From Sphagnum compactum (Eukaryota), in assembly GCA_965153455.1 (NCBI GenBank), contig OZ234493.1:14126213-14190212 (forward strand): 64,000 nucleotides of DNA, written 5' to 3'. The position numbers and the translations under genes are program-made. Below, piece after piece: positions 1-11,089 of the stretch. Below the pieces are notes generated by a model. That model made no database searches, was not told where the DNA came from, and worked only from the letters and a program-made list of their open reading frames with translations. The number at the start of each line of letters is the position of its first letter. Position 1 is the first letter of the stretch.

Positions 1-1184
1 CTTGTGTTGAGACTTTGAACTTCAAATTTCTTCCTTCCTATTGTGCATATATTGTAGCCTTTTTGTCAATTTTTATACATTGTGATTCATGTGATAAGCA
101 TTTTTTCATAGCCTTTCATGTGAGCGGCACTTCCTTTTTTTTTTGCCTTTATGATGATAGGCAAAAAAAAATTTAATTCCTTTCATTTGACATGCAAGTT
201 TCCTTTTGACCTTCTTTGCATGTTAAAATGCATGTGATAGGAAGTGATAGACAAAAATTCCTACCTTGCATTATAGAAAACATTTAAGGCATAACTAAAG
301 GATCCATTTGGGCTTCATCATGCTAACCACCAAATGTTTTCAATTTAGTATGTTGAATATTTGTCATTTAAAAGGGAAAGCCATTATGTAACAGGTCACT
401 TAGATGTTAAAATAAGTGTTTGCTTGGATGTCATCACATTGTAACCCTCCCAAACCATGGGGTTTCTTGATGCCATTGGAAGGCCCTCAACAAAACAATG
501 AGCATGTCTATCATTTCAGAATTTTTGAACCCATGGAGCAAAAGTTATTGAATTTAAAACAATTTTTGTCTTTGGAAATCAATCAAATCTTTTTAAAAGT
601 TTGTTTTTTCACTTTAACTCTAAAGTTAAACCCATTTTAACTTGAATAGTATTGGTATGGGTGACCTTACAAGAACAAGTTTACCATATTAGGAACAATG
701 GCACAAGGCCCATTAGCATTCAAGAAATTTTCCAAAAGTGAACTCACGGTTCATGATCGTAATAACTATTAGAAGTGTTAATTTAGTTGTCTAGTTAAGT
801 TATAATTAAATTAGACTTAAATTGGATTAGTGTAATTAAATATCTTTTAGTTTAAAATTATTTCAAGTGTGAATTGAATTTGAAATATTTGATGTTTGAA
901 ATATCATTTTGTGATTTGTGATTTTAAACATTTTTGTGAATTCAAAAAATCTACTCATCTATAATAAACAAGAATCCAAACCCAAAACATGTCACATGTA
1001 GATGTAAAATGTGTATCAGAACACTAAAAAAACTTGCATAAACAAATTTTGATTTGAACATGATGCATCATTTAGGGTATTTTGTGTTGTTTGTTCATAT
1101 GTGTATGAATAGTGATAGTTATAGGTGATGACATGATAGTGTACAACATAACACCTAATGAATTGATGATTCACTTTTTTTCAA

Positions 1185-1420
1185 CTAGGAAAATACAATT
1201 TCAACAAACAAAGGATTTTGGTGAAATGACCCTAATTTGCCAGATTTTGAAAAAATAAAAATAAAAATAAAAATCACCAATTTTTTCGCAAAAGGTTCCA
1301 AGCAAAGTAGCCAAAATATAAAAGGATTCGTAAAATTTTCTACTTTCATAGTTGGTCGATAGCCAAATTTGGCTAAATCTTCTTGTGGATGGACGAAAAA
1401 ACTTTGCTTTGCAAACATAA
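1185..1420. repeat. Short interspersed repeat (non-autonomous element) with core GCCAAATTTGGCTAAATCTTCTTGTGGATG
   Basis: Core at ~1362-1391 recurs almost identically at ~2405-2432 (CAAATTTGGCTAAGTCTTCTTGTGGATG). No credible coding frame. Confidence 0.55.
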
Positions 1421-1586
1421 CTCAAAATATGGGACCAAATGAAAACTAAGTACTTACATCATTGCATTGCATTGCATAGTCATGTCATGTTTCTTTTCCT
1501 CTCCTTCTCCTCTCGTTCTGTCCTGCTGCTGCAACTCTTCGTCTTGGCCGATACCTCTTCAGATCAGTCATGTTGAATAACAAGCT

Positions 1587-1641
1587 CCTCCCTCCCTCCC
1601 TCCCTCCACCACCACCCTCCTCCTCCTCCTCCTCCTCCTCC
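1587..1641 (+). repeat. (CCCT)n/(CCT)n pyrimidine microsatellite, probably in the promoter or 5' UTR of the downstream gene
   Basis: Seen directly in the sequence. Confidence 0.8.
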
Positions 1642-2182
1642 AACAAAATTGTCGCTCCCATTACAATATCAAGTTGCCTATCGATTGCGGGATTTTTTTA
1701 TCCTAAGGAGGCGACGACTGACTGAACGGTGCAACAATCTGTGGAGGCGTGGTGCATTTCAGATCCAAATGAAAATTTGCAGTGAAAATGCTGAAAGAAA
1801 GAAAGCCATTACTACTTTTCATGTGATGATGACGACCAAAGCTTCAGCGAGTTGAATACTGTTGATGCTGCTGTTGTGGGGCCCCCGTAGTAGCATTCAT
1901 GTCGTAACCACGCCTCGGTCTGCAAAATGGAGAAGAAGGGATGGCAGATTGAATCAAGAAGATCGAGGGTTTCAATCGCTTGCTGCTTCCAAACGCACAA
2001 TATTGTAGCTGTTCTGATTCCTCATCAAGCTCCCAAGTGTTCCGAGTCATTGTGGGTAGTGCCCAGGCCGCCATTCGTTACACGATCGACAAGTGCGAAC
2101 ACCTAATGAGGCTGCCATTGCAGGGGGGGATCTTGTAGCACTTCTGTTGCATAAGAATTAGGGACCTGCGTGGTGGTATTAT

Positions 2183-2465
2183 AGGGTTTCAGGATCGTGC
2201 GAAACAGAGCTCACGGCAACAGAGATTTGGCCAAAAAAACAAGCAAGCAAAGTTCACCAGTTTGCGAAATTTCGCCAAAAACAGTAAACACTGATTGCAA
2301 CTTGCGAGGGAAATCACCAGATTTAGACGTTTTATTTATCATGTCTTCAAAACATACAATAGCACGATTCATTAGCTTTTCTACTTTCCTCTCTGAACTC
2401 TAGACAAATTTGGCTAAGTCTTCTTGTGGATGATCACCAACCCAACATACCTCACAAATTTGAGG
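2183..2465. repeat. Second short interspersed repeat related to the one at 1185-1420, upstream of the 2632 ORF
   Basis: Shares the CAAATTTGGCTAA.TCTTCTTGTGGATG core. Boundaries approximate. Confidence 0.5.
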
Positions 2466-2631
2466 CTCGAGTAAACTTGAGTTTTGGCTGACATCCATGT
2501 TCCGGCAACAACGCGCAAGTCAGAAGTCGCTGGGTAAGACGAAAACTCGCCTCCCCGTGTACTACACTGCGGAGAAAGCAAACCATGTACCATCATCATC
2601 ATCATCACCATCATCATCAAGAAGATCGGAT

Positions 2632-3657
2632 ATGAAAGGAGGCCGCACGCCTTCTTCTCCCGCGACCAGTGCAGCTGCCCGCCAAAACAAGCAGCATGCT
2701 CATCATCAAGCGGCTCATGTCAAGAACGTCGCATTTGCAATTCCAGAGTCATTTGCCGCTGTCAAGGGCGTAGACCCCAATGCAGCGGTCAAGAGCGTAG
2801 ATTCCAATGCAGCCGTCAAGGGCGTAGACCCCAATGCAGCGATCAAGAGCGTAGATTCCAAGAACAAGAAACGTCGTATCCCTCCTCCTCCTCCTACTCG
2901 GAAGAAAACTACTCAACTGATTCCGACTGGTGCTACTGTTGTTGTTCCAGGTTTTTCTTCCTCCCTGTCTACCTTGCCCTTGAAAAAATCTCTTCCAACA
3001 ACACAAGCTCCACCACCTGATGATCATCATCACACCCTCGCTTCCGTCTCTTTGGAGTCCAGTAATCTTGTGAAAGTGGAGGTACCCATTGCTTCTTCGA
3101 TCTTGACTGCTAATGAGACCCAAACGGATCTGTATCTCGTCGGGAAGAAACTACCCACCAAGTTTGAATTTCCTGCCTCAAATGGCAGCGAGCTCCTGCT
3201 GTGGACTGAACCTGGCAGTCAGGTGGAGTCGTCAAGTGTGCAATCTGCCAGTAGCTGCAAAAGTTTGGGAGATGAGCGTCACTCACAACTGTGCTCCTCC
3301 TCTGCAGTCGGAAGTGACGGTGATCATGAGAAGCAGCTGCCCGGGGATGGGGGACTAATTCTTCTGAGCACGTCCAAAAGAAAATTCACTATGGCTATCG
3401 AGTTTTGTTTGCTTTTGGCGCTTGGCGGAATTCTCGCCATTGGAATGATACCTTATTTCGAGTCTGCAATGCGGTCGTACCTTGCAAACACCTGTAGTTG
3501 TCTTGATCATCATTCTCCCCAAAACCTGCTTTTGGATGGTTCTTTCTCAGAGCAACAACAACAACAAGGAGGAGGAGGTGGAGGCCTCTTCCACTGGTCT
3601 AAATGCCCTCTTCTGGCAAACCTCTCTCTCGGATTTCCCTCCAAGAACAACAAGTAA
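2632..3657 (+). CDS. Hypothetical Ser/Pro-rich low-complexity protein with tandem 10-aa repeats and one C-proximal transmembrane helix
   Basis: Open frame 2497-3657; ATG at 2632 (MKGGRTPSS) is the more plausible start. Hydrophobic stretch MAIEFCLLLALGGILAIGMIPYF. The stop overlaps a GTAAGC donor-like motif, so the 3' end may be spliced. Confidence 0.6.
   Translation: MKGGRTPSSPATSAAARQNKQHAHHQAAHVKNVAFAIPESFAAVKGVDPNAAVKSVDSNAAVKGVDPNAAIKSVDSKNKKRRIPPPPPTRKKTTQLIPTGATVVVPGFSSSLSTLPLKKSLPTTQAPPPDDHHHTLASVSLESSNLVKVEVPIASSILTANETQTDLYLVGKKLPTKFEFPASNGSELLLWTEPGSQVESSSVQSASSCKSLGDERHSQLCSSSAVGSDGDHEKQLPGDGGLILLSTSKRKFTMAIEFCLLLALGGILAIGMIPYFESAMRSYLANTCSCLDHHSPQNLLLDGSFSEQQQQQGGGGGGLFHWSKCPLLANLSLGFPSKNNK
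2755..2860 (+). repeat. In-frame 30-bp tandem repeat (60-bp higher-order unit) encoding AAVKGVDPNA/AVKSVDSNA
   Basis: GTCAAGGGCGTAGACCCCAATGCAGCG alternates with (G/A)TCAAGAGCGTAGATTCCAA; about 3.5 units. Confidence 0.9.
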
Positions 3658-3849
3658 GCACCCCTGCAGGGGATGATGAACAGATCTCTATTATCTCCTT
3701 CCATCTTTCTCAGGCACCATGGTCTCTTATCTTGCAGCCATGATGATCATCTTGTAACTTCCCAAAGAACTTGCAATGTCAAAGGTTTTGAGTACCACGG
3801 ATTTAATGAGTTAGTCAATGGAAGGGGCCCATTTTGTAAGAATGGGTTT

Positions 3850-4450
3850 AAATGGGTTTTTTTTTTTGTTTTTGACCATCAATGCATTTGTTTTCATCTT
3901 TTGGGTATTTGGGTTTTCTTTGTTCTTGAGTTGCAATCCATTGGCGATGGGAACGGTTCCATTGACCCATCTATGATATTGCCTTTGTCCTCCATATGTT
4001 ATGAAGGCATGAAGAGGGTTCCTTGGCACTATACTTATAGGAAAGGTGAATCTCTTATGTTGTGGATATTTTTTCGCAAGCTATTGATCAAAATGCAAGA
4101 GAAGATTAGGTGATGAATTTATTTAGAAATGGACATTTTGGTAGAGAAAATGTTTTATTCAAAGAACCAATGTTGTAACCCCTTTCATGGTGGGAAAAAA
4201 TTGGTATAAGTTTTTACCATCACATGCCTAGAGTGCAATGTGTCTTTTCATAAGATTGTAGTGTTCCAATTTGCAAAAAGGAACTAAATAATATGGGATC
4301 AAGTGTAGACCAAGAAGAGGAATCTAGGTTATTTGATCAAATAGGTGGAAAGATTAGTTTTTGTTTTAACCAATTTGCAAGTCATTAGAGTCTTGGAGTT
4401 GGAGTGCCTTTGGATCAACTCAATCCTAATAATATTGACATCACCAAAAC
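3850..4450 (+). mobile_element. Degenerate hAT transposase fragment (C-terminal dimerisation region)
   Basis: Manual translation gives P.SWWEKIG (~4180-4205) and WDQV*TKKRN...*VERLVFVLTNL (~4294-4378), resembling the hAT dimerisation motif. Stops and frameshifts present. Confidence 0.6.
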
Positions 4451-5814
4451 TCTAACTGCGCCTTTATGAAACAAAGAGGAAAAGAAACCACTAAGATGTT
4501 TTGTGGCAACAAGTTGAAAGCCATCCTCAAAGGAAATGGAGACACGTCCATGTCATCCCCTTTGTTAAAGTAATAAAATATCGATCAAAATTATAGGATT
4601 CTTCAAGTTCTAAATCTTGCATGAACCCTCTTTTGGAATTGAAGATCAAGGTACTCAAATTAAGGAGGAAGACGAAACAACACAACATAAAGTCAACAGG
4701 GAAGAGTGGCAACAAGGAACATTATCACAAGACCCCAATGATGATGAGTTTAAAAATGGCCAATGTGTGTGTCAAAGATTCAATAATTTATCTCAAATAT
4801 TGTCTTAGTGACGTTTTGTATTTGGTTTTGTCCCAAATTCTTCTTTTTTCCTTTTGTGGTACTTATTGATCAAATGGACATTTGCCACTTAGATAGGAAT
4901 CCAAGTGATAGAGAGGATTTGGGAAGGAGTTGCCCCAAAGGAGTGAAATATGATTGCAAAGAAATTGCATTTTGGGACATGTGTCTCACAATCCAAATTC
5001 AAGACCCAAGCTCCTACAGATGTAAACCAATTCCCCACAGAATATCCAACTTCACCCCAGCCATCAGTTTTGTAAAAGATCAATGCAAAAGCCATTGTCT
5101 TACATTGGTGTTGGCAGCAATAGAAATCAATTCTCTCTTCATTGTGAACATCAATTGAGCAAAAGAAAAGTTTGATTCAATGTACCAAACGTCAATGTGG
5201 ATCTGGCAGTCAAGGAGTTCAAACTCTTGCCAGACTGCATATATCACTTTTATTGAAATGTTCATGTGTTACAGCTTCTCCCAAGACTTTATAGCACAAA
5301 TTCAATTTATGTTTTGGGTGAAGAATTCAACTCGTGAAGTTCGAGCTGGTCACTTCTGATTATGGTTTTCAGATTTGGGAAGACAAAATGGGCTTCTGTA
5401 AATGGGTACAATATGCTAATAAACAATGTTATTTACTGGGAACTATTTGTTCATTCTTTGTTGATCAAACAAGCATTAGAAAAACTTTAAGAGAAGAATA
5501 TGGTGTGAATCATGAATGGCAGTGACTCGCTGCTATTTCTTCCCACTGATAGTGCGATAGTGGGTGATGATCAGTAATACAAAATGAAGTAGTCAGAACT
5601 TAGGATCCTCAGTCTCTGTTACATTTGGAAGCAACAGAAGACTCATTCATGATGTCACTAGCAGTCACACACATGTAGTGACCATTTTATCAACATGCAC
5701 TCGCATTGCAGAGACCAATGTGGGGAAAGGAGTGAGAGATTAAATGATATATTGAACCTCAAAGACTCTGCATGGCACCAGTGTACTATGAGACATGGAC
5801 CCTCATAGTATAAG

Positions 5815-6150
5815 TCACCAAAAATCAACAGAAGTAAGACGCCCCATTCTGCAACTGATCCGAGCATCTGACATCCCTAGCAACTTCTCGCCCAACAATC
5901 TGGCTAAACTTTTTGGCGGTATGGCATACCTGCATATTTCAAAGGTCGTTGATGATGCAGATAGGTGTCCCAGGTGGTGAATTATGAGCCCCAACAGCGA
6001 CAGCTGACTTCTCAGTCTGGAGCCAGAGAGCACATTCCTTCTCCAGCTCATCCACATGATGCATGACAAAGTGTGTTGGGTAAATACCCAGTTTCTTTTG
6101 CCAGATGACCTACTGTTGAAGTTCAGCAATTATCTATTTGTTGAGGATTG
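5815..6150 (-). pseudogene. Decayed DYW cytidine-deaminase domain immediately downstream of the PPR gene stop
   Basis: Across frameshifts it reads ...KETGYLPNT / FVMHHVDELEKECALWLQTEKSAVAVGAHNSPPGTPICIINDL*NMQVCHTAKKFSQIVGREVARD... / SVDFW*, colinear with the DYW consensus (GYVPDT..VLHDVEEEEKE..L..HSEKLA....PPGTPI.I.KNLRVC.DCHTA.K.ISKIVGREI..RD...DYW). Confidence 0.85.
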
Positions 6151-6174
6151 TATCTATCTATCTATCTATCTATC
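6151..6174. repeat. (TATC)6 / (GATA)6 microsatellite containing the PPR stop codon
   Basis: The minus strand reads GAA GAT AGA TAG within the array. Confidence 0.95.
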
Positions 6175-9100
6175 TTCTGCAACAAATTCATGTGACTTAT
6201 TTTCAGTTCTTATCCAGCTACACCCACCTCCTTTCTTAACGCCTCTGTCCTTCATCAAATATCTTACCTTCTCAACCTTTTCCCACATTCCAGCTGCAGC
6301 ATACATGTTTGAAAGCAGCACATATACAGCAGCATCTTGTGAGTCCAGCTTCAAAGTCCATTCAGCAACATGCTCTACAACCTCTACTTTACCATAGCGG
6401 TGGCAAGCACCAAGCAAAGGACTCCAGATTGAGGCATCTGGCTCAAATGGCATTCTTTGGATGAAGTCCTCTGCCTCCTGTAAGCATCCTGTGCGGCCAA
6501 GAAGGTCAACCATGCAGCAATAGTGATCCAGTGTGGGCATGACCTTGTAGTCCTGATCCATGGAACTAAAGTGTTGATGACCTTCATCCACAAGACCTGC
6601 ATGGTTGCAAGCAGAGAGGACATTGACAAATGTGATTCGATCTGGTTTGAAACCTTCTGTTTTCATCTGCTTAAAGAGTTCAAGGGCTTTATTCCCATAT
6701 CCATGCTGAGCATATCCACCAATCATGGCATTCCAAGACACTACATCTCGTGCAGGCATTTGGTCAAAGACTCTGCATGCACCCTCAATATTACCACTCT
6801 TTGTATACATGTCAATAAGGGCATTCCCCACACAGACATCTGCCTCAAGTCCAGCTTCACATATTTCTCTGTGGAATTCCATCCCTTCCACTAGGGCTGC
6901 TAGATTTGCACATGCATTGAGGATGCTGACAAATGTGATTTTATTTGGCTTTACACCTTCTCCTTTCATTTGCCGATAGAGATTAAAAGCTTCCTCACCA
7001 TATCCATGTTGAGCATATCCTCCAATTATCGCATTCCATGAAACCACATCCCGCGATTGCATATCATCAAAGACCTGCCGTGCAGCTGATATGCTTCCAC
7101 ACTTAATATACATGGTGATTAGGGCATTCCTCAAATTAACATCAGACCCAAATCCAGCATCAGTGATTTGGGCATGCACCTGCATTCCCTGTTTCAAAGA
7201 AGCTGGGCTGGTGCAAGCATTGAGAATGCTTATGTATGTGACCCTATTTGGTTCCACAAGTTCTTGTTGCATTTGATGAAAGACTTGAAAGGCCTCATCA
7301 TGGAGATCATGCTCAGCATATGCTGAAATCATTGCAGTCCATGCAACAACATTGCGGTTACTCAATTTGTCAAACACGTGGCGTGCCTCCTTGATACTTC
7401 CACACTGAGCATACATGGTGATGAGTGCAGGGCCCACATGAACATCAGACTCAAATCCACAACTGGTAATATAGGCATGTACCTGCTTCCCCTGCTCCAA
7501 AGCCACTGGGCTGGAGCATGCACTCACAATGCAAGTGAACAGAATGCGATCTGGCTTCACTGGTTCTTGTTGCATCTGACGAAAAACTTCCAAAGCTTCC
7601 TCAAAGAGACCATGCTCAACATACCCTTCAATCATAGCAGTCCATGAGATAACATTCCGGATTCTCATTCTGTTGAAAACTTGCCACGCATCCTCTATGC
7701 TTCCACACTTGCTGTACATTCTGACAAGGGCTGTCTGTATACGAACATCAAACTCAAATCCAGCTTTTATAATTTCAGCATGAACCCATTTCCCCTGTTC
7801 CAAAGCTTTTGGACTGCAACACGATTTCACAATGTTGAGGAAGGTTATGATGTCCGGTTTCACACCTTGGTGATGCATTTGGTTGAATATTCCAAAAGCT
7901 TCCTCATATTGACCATGGGCAGCATATCCACCAATCATTGCATTCCATGACACCACATTCCTATTTGGCATTTGGTCAAACACTTGGCATGCACTTTCCA
8001 CACTCCCACATTTGGCATACATGCTAACAAGGGCATTGTTCACATGAGCATCTGACAATTCATGTCCAGCCTGGATGATGTAAGAATGCACCAGTTTGCC
8101 CTGTTCCAGAGCTTCTGGACTAGCAGATGCATTTAAAATGCCTAGTAATGTGACCTTGTCTGGCATCATGCCTTCCCGCTGCATCTGCAAAAAGAGTTCA
8201 AATGCCTCCTCGCCACACTTGTGCTGTGCTAATCCTGCAATCATTACATTCCACGAGACCACATTCCGATCAGCCATGTTGTCAAACACCTGACATGCAT
8301 GCTTTATGCTCCCACATTTTGCATACATGTCAACGAGTGCATTATCCAAAATGGTGTCTGATCTGATCCTGCTTCTGATAATGTTGGCATGCACCTTTTT
8401 TCCCTTCTCTAGAGATCTAAGGGAAGTACATGCATTGACAACCCTGGTATAGATTATCCTGTCAGGTGTCACCCCTTGTGATAGCATTTGCTCATACAGA
8501 TTGAAAGTCTCCAGAAACTCCCCATTGCTGCTGTATCCTGCCAACATTGTAGTCCAGGTAAACATATCTCGTTTGCACAATTGGTCAAATACCTTACGAG
8601 CTTCCACCAAAGTCCCACACTTGACATACATAAGCAGAAGAGTGTTGGCTAAATACAGGCTCGGCTTGAACCCTGTCTGAATCATGTGGGTCTGGACCTG
8701 CTTTCCTGTTACCAGATCTTTCTTGTCAATACACCTGCGCAAGAGACTGAGATACGAATGGGAGCTCGCCTGTACACCCCATTGACTGCTGCATGGTTCC
8801 TTTTCTAGTTGTCCCTTGACAATCTGAAGAAGCCTCTCATCACCAGCCATGTCAGAAAAGCTCCTAAAAGCTCCCTGTTTTGACCATCCTTCAAAGCAGG
8901 CAACAACCATGATACTGGCCCCAGTACGATCTCCACTGTCAGTAACTGCCCATGTTGTCCTGCACACCTTCAGAGCTCCACTTACAAGATTTCAATAACA
9001 ATCTTCATGGCCAACTGTGGGAGGGAGTTCATTTAGACCAACATTACTATACAAAGAGATACCTTCAGAAATGCATGAGTGTGTGCATGTGAGCAACAAA

Positions 9101-9878
9101 CATAGAGGAAAAAAGCATTACCTTTTTGTTTGGCGATCCATGAAAATGGGAACCATGACCCGGTTGTGGTTCACATTGTGTTTCCACAGCCACTTCTGTC
9201 TGTCAACATAGAGAGATGCCATTAACCCATTCTCATGGACAACATTATTTTGTAAGTACGCAAGCTTCAAATTGGTCTTTGAGTGGTTTCCCCTTCCCAC
9301 CCTGTTTCCACATGAAGGAGCAGAAGCCTTGAAGAGCTCTTGTTGAAGCCATTCCGTGCTCAATGGTTGCCCTGAAAAACATCACCAGTCCATCATTGGA
9401 TATCAAGCCAGTTCTGCTGAAGCCAAAACAATTCTACCAACCCTTCCATCTGATTCCAAATCTGTGAGTGATGTTTCTTTCAAGCTTTTCAGATCCCTGG
9501 GAGGAAAAGAATTAGGTCCACAGATTGCTCCTAAGCCCACCTCAGAAGCAATGGGACCCACAGGTTGACCAGTGAGCTGCCAAAATTTACAAGAAACAGC
9601 AACCAATCTGCTTCTTCTTCTTCTTCATCTATTTGCGCCTGTCTTTTCTCAAGCTGCATGGAGAGATGAGAAAACATACCAGGAGCTGCAGATGCCGCTG
9701 GAGACGCCAGGGTAGGTGACAAAGGGCAACAACCCTGCTGCCACTGCATTCTCATTCCATCACAAGGGGAAACTCTGAACTTGGACTTGGTGTAGTTTCT
9801 GCTCGTACCGAGAATAATGAGCTTCAAGCCATGACAACGGCTGCATACATCACCGAACAAAGACTGCGAGATTGCCAT
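6166..9878 (-). CDS. PLS-class pentatricopeptide-repeat protein with E domains, truncated before DYW (organellar RNA-editing factor type). Proposed exons 9878-9680, 9371-9122, 8959-6166 (~1080 aa)
   Basis: Seven ~101-aa P-L-S triplets (MY.KCG....A..VF..M..R.VVSW). C-terminal E region (YVLLSNMYAAAG.WE, KKGGGCSWI, HEFVAEDR). The upstream exons join in frame via G|GTATG...TTTTTCAG|GG (phase 1) and AG|GTAATG...TGCAG|G (phase 2); spliced length 3243 nt is divisible by 3. Main exon certain, 5' exons inferred. Confidence 0.9.
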
Positions 9879-10294
9879 TCTCCTTCTAAAAATACTAACA
9901 GGACCTCACCAAGAAAGCATTTTTGCAAAGTCTCATGTCTCCCTTGTTCGGACTTGCTCCTGCTGCTGCTGGAGGAGCTAGCTAATAAGAGTAATTGAAT
10001 CACAGCAGAATTCTAAACCAGTTTAGAGATAGCTCCTCTCTATTGCAACACTCCAAACCTACACCCTGCATCAAGACAACAAAACAACACCATGGTGGTT
10101 AGTGCGGTGAAGCCCAAGTGGATCCTTGAGTTTAGCTGGCCAGAAATATTTCTATAGTGGACTCCACATGACCTCAGGTGTAGGGATACCAAACCTTTGG
10201 CCCGTTTCTTTCTGGGTGCGTCACAATAATATCTCTAGTCCCTGAAGGGAAGAGGGAGAGCTGAAAAAACAACAGGATAGGAACACTTCTCCTG

Positions 10295-10586
10295 AGGGGA
10301 TCATGCATCCTCCAACCTAAGAATTTGCTGGAGGCAACATGCCACTTGCTGCCAAAGAATTGCTGGAGATGCATCTTGTTTCCTAAGAATTTGCCGGAGG
10401 CATTGTCTTCTTGGTTCATTAAAGTCTGCTGGAGAGATCATGCCTCATGCCTCCTAAGAATTTGCTGTACACATCATACATTTGGCTTCCTACGAATCTG
10501 CTGGTGAGATCACTCTTCTTCCTTCCTAAAAATTTGATGGAGACATCATACATCTTGCTTCCTAAGAATCTGCTGGAGAGATCATG
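10295..10586. repeat. Degenerate ~36-bp minisatellite with core CCTAAGAAT(T/C)TGCTGGAG, about 8 units
   Basis: Core recurs at ~10316, 10352, 10382, 10418, 10453, 10489, 10525 and 10561. Confidence 0.85.
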
Positions 10587-11089
10587 ACCGCAGCAGCATC
10601 TTCACGATCTCCCCCTTGGGGAGCAAAGACGTTTGGTTCCAAATGCCACAATTTGCAACATGAGAAACAGACTTGCAAAAGAGGGCGTGTTCAAACAACC
10701 TGAAACATAATGGAAGCTAGCTGTCAAACTGAGGCTCTCAACATCTGCCTTGGTCAGCTTTTGCTTTCAAAACCTCCTCCATTGCAGCAACAGCATCATC
10801 ATCATCATAAAGACAGCAAAACATTCACGAACTCTCAGTATGTCTGCCGTCTGCAGCTCCAGGAAATTGGGCTTGTGCAACCTGCATTACCACATCATCA
10901 CTGTAAAACAATAGGAGATTGTTTTGACCATGCAGCACAAAGCCAATCTGAACTGTGCTTCTTCAAACCCTAGAATGCCGATCTGCCCGTGTGGAAAGTA
11001 GGGTATCCTGTCCTGGTTGCTGCAGGCCAAGAGAGAAGAGAGAGAGGGAGCTGCAAGGAAGGGTGGCCAACGGCGATGGAGGCGTGGCG

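Noticed and set aside
4808-5280. Possible downstream exon of the 2632 gene or a separate small gene
   Set aside because: No recognisable motif and no phase-consistent splice model could be established.
6056-8293. Plus-strand ORFs antisense to the PPR gene (and similar shadow ORFs over SMC6 and PRORP)
   Set aside because: Shadows of real coding sequence on the other strand or frame.
10295-10586. Repeat-spacer-like pattern resembling a CRISPR array
   Set aside because: Eukaryotic context, degenerate cores, mutually related short 'spacers' and no cas genes; it is a minisatellite.
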